NCBI GenBank assembly: GCA_037379345.1
Contig: CM074524.1
Span: 10,513,635-10,577,634, forward strand
Source: Perna viridis
Taxonomy: Eukaryota
Direction of reading: 5' to 3'
Length of the DNA: 64,000 bases
Shown: positions 37,388 through 64,000 of the stretch, piece after piece
How positions within the stretch are numbered: position 1 is the stretch's first letter
How the letters are laid out: each line of letters begins with the position of its first letter
Position numbers and translations under genes: made by a program
Notes under the pieces: model-generated
What the model was told of the DNA's origin: nothing
The model's database searches: none
What the model saw: only the letters and a program-made list of their open reading frames with translations

Positions 37388-40300
37388 TCAAGAAATCCCT
37401 GTCCACTGTACAGAGGTATAAACAACCTGTCCTTGATCATCGACTGAACACAGCACTACTGTTTTTCTAACATTTGAACCCATTCTCCCAAGAGATATAA
37501 AGTCTGACATAGAGAGTTCTGTCTTGTGAGGACGACAAACAGCTATGTAAAATGAATGGAACCTTGCTGGATCTCCTACAAAATAAAACAATAGTCACTA
37601 CACATGTATATGAAATGGTAGGTTTAGTGGTATAAAACCTTGTTTAACCCACGATTTTAATAAGAAATGCCTGTACTAAGTCAAAACCATTGTGGTGGTT
37701 CCCAATTTCATATTGCCATTTGATATATGGACTTTCTATTTTTACTACTCCTTATAACTTGCCTAGAGTTAATCTGTTAGATAATTTTATTATTACACTT
37801 TATTTATGAAATTTGAAGAAACAAGCCATTCCAAGATTCCAAATTTTGAATGGGTAAAACATTTCTTAGATCTGAAAAAAAAATAAGGGAACTGTGACTA
37901 TCTATATGGCACTGGATAGCAGGTACCAAATTTTGTGACAGGCTCTATGAATAGAGGTATAAAATTCTTGCTATTACTATTTTTCCCAATCTTCAGAAAT
38001 CATCTACCAGAGAAAACTTTGAAATATCTGGACTTAAATTTGACAGGCTTTTATTTTGTGATTCTCCAAAACTATAGAATGTAGCAAAAATCAAAACCTT
38101 AGGAATATTTTTCTCTATACAGTAAATCATTGTACATGTATTTCATATTGCACTAAGAATGCAAACTATCTCACACACATTTTTGTATATATCTGATGCA
38201 AATATATACAAAATTTTCAAAAGATTTACAAGTTACTATTAAAGGTTTCAGATTTTCACTCTTTTTTGAAATGATGGCAAACTTCTTTTTTCAGTTAAGA
38301 AGCCAAATTTGTTGCATTTTAATGTATATCAAGGAATTACTGACTGAATTTCCTGAAATTCATGTAATTTCCTAAAAATTCATGTAAAAGGGTTTTCAGT
38401 GATGTTCTGTGATTTGTCAAGATTTTCAACATTTCTATAACCCCACTCAACGAGTAGGTGATATATTTGAATCACCTAGTCAGTCCATTATTCTGTCCTT
38501 CCGACTGTAAAAATTATCTCAGCTCCCAATGGATGGATTGATCTCAAGTTTGGAGAGAGGATTTATATAGATATGATGTAAGTGCTTTGGTTGCTGGTAA
38601 ATACCAACTCCCTGTATAAGTGGGGAATAGCTAGCACAAAGATGGGTGCAACTTCATGTTTAAATATTATTTAATAAAATAATTATTTTGATTGGAAGTA
38701 CCATGTGTAAGACAGGTGAATATTTTTAAATGAAAACAACAATTTACTAAGAGTTCAGTTGCTTATGCATAAAACAGGAAAAGTGCTGTATTATTTCGCA
38801 AAGACTGAATTTGTGACAATCTAATACTAAAAATATATTAATATGCAGATTCATTTCACTTTAAGTACCAGTCCATATAAAATTCAGACATGTCAATGTT
38901 AAAGTGATTCATGGTGAAGAATAACCCATTGCATAAACAATGCTTTTCAATCTAAATATATGTATATTTTTATGTAACAGTTGTCCTTTCCATATTCAGA
39001 TCTGTACTTTTGATAAAGTCATACATGTATCTCCCACTAAAAGCAGCCACATTAAACAAAATCAAGAACAATAACTCTTGCAAAGTGCTAATTTCATGTA
39101 CAATCTATATAACTGTTATCACAAAAGCACAACTCTCGAATGAAAAACTGTAACTGTTATGTGATCTTTAACAGTTTCTGAACAAGAAATAAAACTGAAT
39201 CACCCTCTGTCTGATTTTTAGAAAGACTAATACTTAAATACTATAAAATGCAATGAAACCTGTCTGAACCAGACTCTTATCAGTTTGAATGTATTCTGAA
39301 CCTGGGTAATCCACACAACTGTCTAAAACAATCAAACTCTACTGTCAAAAATGCAGTTCAGTTTCGACAGGTTTTACTGTAGGAGACTCCACAGCTTACC
39401 AGGATATACTAAAAAATCTCCACCAAATTTACTCCCAGAGGTCAAGAAGTACCCTTGTTCCCATAAGTCTTTGAATACTTTGTATCGAATAACTTCCCTT
39501 TCCGCAACTGGGTACTTCCATTCTTTGCTGCAGTCAATTAATGTTTCACTGTAAGGGCATTCTAAAAATAAAATATTTATTTATGTCAGTTTATCATTGG
39601 CTTTATAAAACAACGATGAATCATACATAAAAAAAATAAAAACACACTTTTACATTATGTAAGTGTTTTTTTTTTTTTTCATGTATGTATTCAGGAACAT
39701 ATTTTACATTCCAAAAGTCATTTTTACAGAATAAGAGGTTGTTTCGCTCACCTTGAAAATTTGAAATTATGTGATTATGTCATCTGATCGAGCAGAACAA
39801 AAAGTAAATCATTCTGAAAAGGTCCCTACAGTATAGGGCCAACTTTTGAAAATCCCCAGGGGGGGTGGGGGGGGGGGGGTTACGTGGTACAACATGTGAA
39901 CCAACATGTTTGCAAACTGCCAGGAGTTGAAAATTGTTTTGAGAAGACCTGAGCCCTGGACTTTTTCATCTTTTGTATACTAAGCCTGACAATGTTTTGT
40001 CAAGTCCCAATCATAAGATATATATATATATATATATATAAATGCAATTTTGTTATCTGATATTCTAATGTTTATATCTATGTTTGCAGGAAAGAAGACT
40101 GTGTCAATTGTTTCCGTCTCCTTGTCTGATGCCTTGTCATCAGCTTTCCATTTCTGCGTTTTTTTTTAACCGTGAAATTGTAATTGAGCAACAATTTTTT
40201 CCCCTAAATTTATCAACAAATTTTGATCTTTATCATTTCAGTGCTTGATAAAAAAAATTTGTAGTATGTCAAGAAATGCGTCTGATCAAGCGCAGGTGTG

Positions 40301-43300
40301 ATTCAGACTTGAGAATGACTAATCCAAACAATAGATCGATTTAGTGAATACCCATTCTAAAAAAAGTTATAACTATTTACTGGTCAGGGAATAGATTGAG
40401 AAACATGGTCTAAATAATGATAACAAAATCTTTCAAAAAAGATTTTTTTATTTTTTTTAGAATTGCCATGCCCGAAAGACTTATTTCACTGAAAAATGGC
40501 AGGTCCGAGGTTCAATTTGTTTAGTCCCAGGCGTCAGGCTTTAGGAATTTTCAACCCCTGACTGCATGTGTTTTTACTGTAGTAATGTATGAATGAGACA
40601 ACCACTATAGCATTAAAGGGCCTATTTTCAGTTGAACAACATGTTCATGCACTATAATAGACTGAAGTTTGTTAGCATCTTTATTTCTTGTGGTGGGTTC
40701 CCCCAAATCTAATTGAAATGCTGAACATTTAATTTAAAAAAATAAATGAGAAAACTTTTATTTACATTTAAATGTATTTCTACAATTTTAGAATACATGA
40801 AGCACATATTACCTTCTTTCCATTAGTTTCCTTTGCATGAGTTTTCATATTTGAACTTAAAGAATTCATGCCACTGAGCCACCTGCACATCCTCTACAGT
40901 GAATTGTTTGTACACCAACCCTATCAGTTTCAAAACATTGGTTTCAGAGGAATTGATCTTCAAAAGCTTAGATAGCCTCTGACAATAAAGTGAAGAAGTC
41001 TTCCAAGTTTGGTTATTATTGGTCATTCAAGTATTAGCAGTTTTAAATGCCAATTTTTAGAGTTAGCAGCCACACACTGAGCCAACTGGGCCACTCAAAA
41101 AAGTGAATGATTTGTAGAGGGCATTGAAGTCAACAACGCTATCAACTTTCAAAACATTGGCATCTGTGGTTTCCAAGAAGTTAATGATCATGAACTGATG
41201 TTTTTTTATGATACTTTCAACCTTTGAACCTGTACATGGGATAAACCACTACATGTATAACTACACCACTAAGTAAATAAAAGAATAGTTTGAAGACCAT
41301 AGGAACAACTTTATTACCTGTATATAACTGAACCATAGAGTTCTTGACAGGTACAGGGGGAATTTCTATACTGTTAACATCAATGTCCACTTCAACATCT
41401 TCAATTGTCTTCCCAGTCTCTCTCTTCCTTTCAACCTCCTGTAGAAGCTTTTTCTTCTTCCCTTCAGTAATAAGATGTAGGTTCTGTGTCATTTCTTTCC
41501 TCCTTTCATCCTTGAATAATTCTATCTATAAATGGAAATTTGTTGTATTAAGTTCTGTAATCTGTTAGAATCAGGCAAAATTAAGCTGATAATGAATCAT
41601 GCTCATAATAAACTAAGAAATTTGATAATGTTGGCCCCATTTTATGGTTTATTGAAGACAAATTGACTGTTTGTAAAATTTGCTTGTCGAATTATATATC
41701 ATATATGTACAGTCCAGAAATAACCCAAAAAAACTTAAATTTAGTGTGTGTTAATTATCAGTACTTGCTAAATTTAGCTGGTGGAAAAAATTCTGAAATT
41801 CAATCCCTGCTATTGCAACAGAATTGCTATTTCTGCATTTCCGATAACTCTTTGAATAAGATTGCATGGAAAGAATTGTGTGGTTTTTTTCAACATGATT
41901 CACCCAATGCCTGATTCTTACAGAGAATAGCACTTAACATGGAACCATTCAAATCCTTTAATATAGGAGGCACAACATACTTTTTTCCCACTGAATTTTT
42001 TGTACCGATGAAATGTTTGTTACATACAAAAGATATGTATGTCAAAGATTCATTTAATGGCAAAAATTACCTTAACAAAGCAACAAAATTTTGCACAAAA
42101 TAAAAAGTTATCTCCCTTCTTCAATGAATTTCAATGCTTTCTACATTATCCAATTCTCTTAAATCTTTGCGGTTAATTAAAAACAAGCACTCAACTTTCA
42201 GAAATGTTTTTGAAAACAAAATTTTTCATTTGCCATCATTGCCTGGTATTTGCATGAACACCCTCTTTAAAATTTCGATACATGTATATTGTATTTCTTT
42301 TCCCATACCAGATGCTTAACTTGTTGTCAGGTAGTTGTTTTCCCAAATTCATTTGGTTTCTTTTTAATGTATGTTTTCTAAATTTGCCCATGATGGGCAA
42401 TAGATAATAAATGACATGCATAATCACCTTCAGCTCTTAAAGAATGTTTGTCGGGGTTTAACGTCCGAGCAGCAATATTTCAGCTATATTCAGACCATGA
42501 ACATGAAATGAAAACAAAAGGATGGGACACAAGGATAATAGGGTCGACAAATTTTGATTGCCACTGGAAAAAGGGGGGATGGGTAAGGTCGGGCAATTTA
42601 GCCTCCTGTGGCGGAGCGCAAAGGTTCCTACTCCTATCGAATACCACAGCAGGGTCTTAGAATGAAGGTAGTGATAGATCCAAGGGGAACCCCCTTTCTA
42701 TCACAAACTTTAGACACAAATGAGTTACTAATAGCTTGAACACACTCCCCCTTTTCTTCTTGAAACCAGTCAGTACTTGTTCCTCTATTAATTTACAGAA
42801 AAGGATAAAATACCTGGTCTTTATACAACTGTTCTCTCAGTTTTTTATGTCCCTCTCTCTGTTGTGAAGTAGGTTCCGATAACTCATCTTCTGGTTTGAC
42901 CAATACACAAACATCTAAAATCAGACCATGCAAACAATACACTAGGGTATTCAGAATCAGTGAGGAAGCAATAATATAACAAGAACCTGTGGGTCCCTCT
43001 GGCAATCAAGCAATATATACCTTGAAGTCAAAGTTCAAGGCCATAATCCATCATCCATGGTATGTGACACATCATATTTAAGTGATCTACCCATTTTCCA
43101 AAAACAAAAACCCACATAGAAAGACAAAATATTTACAACCCCTCCCACAAGAGTTTATCACTAAAGAACAGGAATTTGACCTTGAGGTCAAATTTCTAGG
43201 TCACAGGCTACTATTTAAGGTATGCGACACATTGTCTTTAGGTGAACTACCCACATGCAAACATGCAAAATATCAGGGTAGGGACCTAATAAACAACAAC

Positions 43301-46300
43301 ATTTAAACACATGTCCACACCCCCCTTTTGATGTAAAAATTTCATTTTATAAACTTTGATAGAAAAAAAATGAAAAAAAAGGAACTTCATTATGTATAAA
43401 AATTGTAACCTTTTTCAAGCAACAAAGTTGTTTCTTCTGGTAGAAGTTGTAGAGGTAGACCTAAATGATTATTCTGCCTTGGCAGCCGAGGTAAACAACC
43501 AACCAATACACCAACAATCCTCCAATTATCTCTCAAAGTTATTGAATCTGAAATTAAATTAAAAAAAAAAGGTTGAATTTCATTTTACCATATATAAAAC
43601 ACAATTCTATGAGTAACAATGGGTGCAAACGTATTTCGTAACATTATTTAAAATTTGCGGTTATTTTTAATTACAGAATTTAGCACTTTGATCAATTTTT
43701 TTCCATTAGCTATAGTTTTTAATAGTATATATTATTGCAAACTATCAACAGTTTTACCTTTGTTAAAAGAATATTTTGACCGCAAACAGTAAAATATCTA
43801 CTTCATCATTATCAAAATTTTAACTTTTGAATTTTATTATTTTGAAAAAATGTCATATGGTTTACTATTTTCACGAAGTTTCTAAATCTAGTTTGATCTT
43901 TGATGAAAGATATGAAAACTGGTTTTAAGTTGTAAATGATTCTCTAGTTAATGCTTAAATGTCTAATTTCCCAACATTTTCTTTATCAGATCCGTAAAGA
44001 TATTGTATCAAATTTTCTTGCTACATGTATTTCAGCCATTTGAACAAAGTTATCTCCCCTTTACAATGGTAGTTATGTAGAAAATATTAAATGCTTATTT
44101 TGAAAATTTCTGAACGTTAGATTTGTTAAACTTTGTGTTTATTTAGGTCATAATGCTATAGATTAGAACTTCAACACTTCTGTTACAATTTCTTTACATT
44201 AAAACATGTAAAAAAAATGCCTGATTGAGTTGACCAAACTGACTCATTCGTATAAATATTCTAATGTTGTCATCTGAATAAATCAAATGATGATTAGATA
44301 ATCCTTCACTCAATTATTGAAAATATGATGTCATGTTTTTTTTTTCATTTACAGTGAAAGTACAATTATTCTTGGGGTACCAATTTCGTGGTTTTCATGG
44401 GTAGGTCAAACCATGAAATTTGGTTCTCTATGAATAGTAGATTCCCATTGATGTATATATTGAAAACTTCAAAACCATAAATTCAAGAATCCACGAACTT
44501 GTGTTTCTTCCTTGATCCATGAAAATTGGTATCCATAAATTAAAGTACTTTCACAGTATTTGGAAAATCAAATAATTCATTGTTTTAATGTACTGTAAAA
44601 AAAAATGTTTTTAACTTGAAACAAAATAATTTGTTTCCATAACTGAAATCCAATATCTGAATTTGATAATTTTTCTAAAATATTTTAATACAAAGGTAAA
44701 TCAGGGGTCACACCATGCTTCATAATTTACAGACTAATGACAGAAATATACCTCTACTACTGGTATCATTGACCGATGATAGATAGTAAGAATTATAGCA
44801 AGAATTAATTTTTTTTTCTGATACTGTATAACATACGTGAACAACTGAAAAATGAACCGAGAGTCAGAAAGATGAAAACAGTGATTTCAAACTCTTTCAA
44901 AACTACATCATCCATTTTTTATTGGGAAAATATACTCCAATTTTTTTTAAATTGGGAAATTTGTAATAACCATACATAACCTTGAATTAATAGTTGAACT
45001 GATTATTTTAAAAGATGATGTCAAGAAAAAAAATCAGTGTATCTTTTAACAGAAATACCATATCCTAGCCTTCAACTACATGTACCAATTGGGAACAGCT
45101 CATCTGATTTGAAAGTATTTTACCATAATACGACACTTTCATTAAGGGAAACAACATTATTTTGGAGGTTATTTAAGGCAATCAATATTACTGTAAGTTA
45201 AAGATTTTTTGGAGGTTACCAAAATGAGCTTTAACAAGTTATCTCAATCTCGAACTGAATGTATAACTTTAAAATGAATCTAAATAAATACAGTTGAAGT
45301 CCAAATGACCATGTCATCTTAAAACTTGGGAGGCTATTTTTTTCTATCATAGTTGGTCACACTTATGGCACTGTACTTGTCAAATACAGTTATTATGTCA
45401 AGGCATAATTAGAATACAATTTTTGTATAGTCTTCTAATCTTGCTTGTGCTTAATCCCCAATGGTTAAACCCTTTTGACATTCTGTGCTGACATCTACAA
45501 GTCATTTTGCCCCCTACTGAATTAATAATCAAAATATGCTACCAAGGGAGTACAACAATAAAACAACATCAAGAGAAGAAAAAAATATATATTGAATCAA
45601 TCATTACCATTAGGGTGTGACCATTGATGTTGTATTAAGTACCACTCCGCATAAAATTCAGACACTACCAATGGTAAAGTGATTCATGGTCAAGAAAACC
45701 CACGGAACAAACAATGCTTTTTTAGTCTACATATGCTATACTTTCACACAAAAACAACCTTTTCAGCATTCAGATTTGCACTTCTTAGAAAATCATACAT
45801 TTATCTGCCACTAAAAGCAACCAAATCAAGCCAAATCAAGAAAGATAACTCTTGCAAAGTACAAATGTCATGTACAGTCTATATAATTATTTTTTTCAAG
45901 AGTGCAACAACCAAATGAAAAACTAAGAGTGGTTTCATGATCAGTTACTGTGTCTGAACAAGAAATAAAACTAAATTTGGTGGGTTTTTGACTCGCATGA
46001 ATCACCTTCGGTCTGATTTTTAGAAAGACTGTTACTTAAAACATTACAATCCGATATGAAGGTAAAGATAGTGTTGATTTATTGAACACACATGCATACA
46101 GTACAAGCCAACAATTAACAACAGCTCTGAAGATCTTTTAGACTGACGGCAAGATTAAGAACCATTTCGTTAATATGAATTACTCATTTACTGCTTGAAT
46201 GATTGCCAGGTTTGTTAGGGATCAAAGCCCTTTTCAAGGTTGTTGGACTTGAGCCCATTGTGTTGTCAAGTCAAGTACCCTAACCTTTCAAAAGACCATT

Positions 46301-46673
46301 CTGCCACCTGCCCCCATTCTGGTGACATAAACTCTTTAATACTTTATTTTTATTTTTATTTTAAGATTGATATTTGCAACATAAATATACGAAAATGACT
46401 CATGACCATGAATGCTGAAGTGATTTGTCCTGGCATTTGCATTTCATCATGGACTTTGTGTATAGCATTTGTAAATTAATTGTATTTATATTTTAATCCC
46501 TTGATGATCTCATGAAAAGGGGTTTCCACCGCTTTAGATAAAAAATGTCCAGATTTTATGGAGTATATATATATTAGTTTTAGTTTTCTAATTTAAATTA
46601 TTGTAATACCTGTAGCATTCCATAACAAAACATCATTATTTTGCAAAAACAACTTAATTCGTGAAGTTGTCAT
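37388..46673 (-). CDS. TSEN34: tRNA-splicing endonuclease subunit Sen34; complete, 6 exons, 286 aa
   Basis: Exons (minus): 46610-46673, 43410-43547, 42814-42914, 41318-41525, 39400-39561, 37388-37575. Motifs RIVGVLVGCLPRLPRQNNHLGLPLQLLPEE and [31 protein letters not shown]...GRMGSNVRKT, which contain the catalytic Tyr/His/Lys region. Confidence 0.95.
38861..39238. mobile_element. TTAA-flanked dispersed repeat (Kolobok-like)
   Basis: TTAAGTAC...TACTTAA ends; homologous copies at about 45636-46039 and 61700-62050. Confidence 0.65.
39921..40560. mobile_element. hAT-like non-autonomous element containing a (TA)n run
   Basis: TIR CAGGAGTTGAAAATT/AATTTTCAACCCCTG with 5-bp TSD ACTGC. Confidence 0.7.
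42447..42653 (-). mobile_element. 5'-truncated copy of the 7033-7550 SINE-like family
   Basis: High identity to about 7050-7290 (for example GGCAATTTAGCCTCCTGTGGCGGAGCGCAAAGGTTCCTACTCC). Confidence 0.8.
44350..44558. mobile_element. TA-flanked MITE (Tc1/mariner-like termini)
   Basis: TIR TACAGTGAAAGTAC/GTACTTTCACAGTA. Related copies at about 1948-2135, and at 25638-26345 where another element interrupts it. Confidence 0.7.
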
Positions 46674-46843
46674 TCCTCCCAACTTCTACTTTCATTTTGT
46701 GGTATGACCCGAGAAGTTCCGAAAAGGAACCACGCGGAACAATTTTAATAAAAGAAGAACCCATGTGACACAAACGGCGGGAAATAATCAAGATCAACAC
46801 AAAGAAGTGAAATTATCAAAAAGCTCGTAGAAATACATCAGCA
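46674..46843. promoter_or_regulatory. Compact bidirectional TSEN34/MCM3 promoter with canonical E2F site
   Basis: Start codons are only 170 bp apart; the gap is CpG-rich; GGCGGGAAA (TTTCCCGCC) at 46776-46784. Confidence 0.75.
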
Positions 46844-63403
<16,560 letters not shown>

Positions 63404-64000
63404 GTAAGATTGTATATATTTGCCTAGTCAGGGACTCAAATTAGCAGTGTCCTGAGGTGCAGGACTTTGCTATATTTGTAGACACTTGATTAGGGACTTT
63501 TGATTTTCCTCAGATTGATCGTGGATTTAAAACTTGAAGTCTTCGGACATTCCTATCTTGAAAGTTAATTTGGATGTTGATAGACTATATGAATTGAAAA
63601 TTGTTGGTAAGAAGAAGATAATGCAAGGAAAGCAACAGCTAAAAAGTGACATCAGACTTATTCTTTCTGAATTTATTATACCCCCCAATTGAAGGTAAAT
63701 TGGAATGACTTTGTCCACATATCTCATAATTCCACACTCCTCTTTTTGGGAAAGGATATGTTTGAAAAATTACAATATTCAATGGTGATAATGATCCACC
63801 AGTGTATTGATGCATTACAATCTTTTTGGTTACAATTCTGATCCAATACCTCATTTTGCTACAAGGAAGTCAAAAACACAACTACAACCATAACAAATTT
63901 TGTATCTCAATCACTAAGCTATCTGCTGCTTTGAACATTTTAGATTTACTTACAGTGTAATGGATAAAGGCTTATAAATACCTTTGGACTGTGTGTCATA

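Noticed and set aside
40813-41200. Coding-looking, internally duplicated segment in a TSEN34 intron
   Set aside because: Stop codon in the frame required by the phase-1 intron and no recognisable protein; likely decayed duplication.
43452-43463. Kolobok MITE TIR-like GAGGTAGACCTA inside a TSEN34 exon
   Set aside because: Short match explained by the conserved LGLPL codons; coincidence.

Overview
AT-rich, intron-rich eukaryotic genomic DNA. A bivalve mollusc is my inference from the repeat families and the abundant TACATGTA motif. I reconstructed four spliced protein-coding genes by hand from GT-AG boundaries and phase continuity, arranged as two head-to-head pairs: RPN2 (ribophorin II, minus strand, runs off the left edge) with a 752-aa CCDC60-like gene (plus), and TSEN34 (minus, complete, 286 aa) with MCM3 (plus, runs off the right edge). 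Most ORFs in the supplied track are spurious or exon fragments. Introns carry many MITEs, Helentron-like elements, two inverted Penelope-like RT remnants, SINE-like retroposons and tandem arrays. The most notable observations are: (i) two near-identical intronic H/ACA snoRNAs in RPN2 with a plausible 18S target; (ii) a TSD-flanked SINE-like element with no tRNA head that begins with a compact pseudoknot, a candidate ribozyme or 5'-end module; (iii) two related structured elements in consecutive RPN2 introns; (iv) an 18-unit array built from a real exon end plus its 5' splice site. All homology calls rest on recalled motifs, not database searches.
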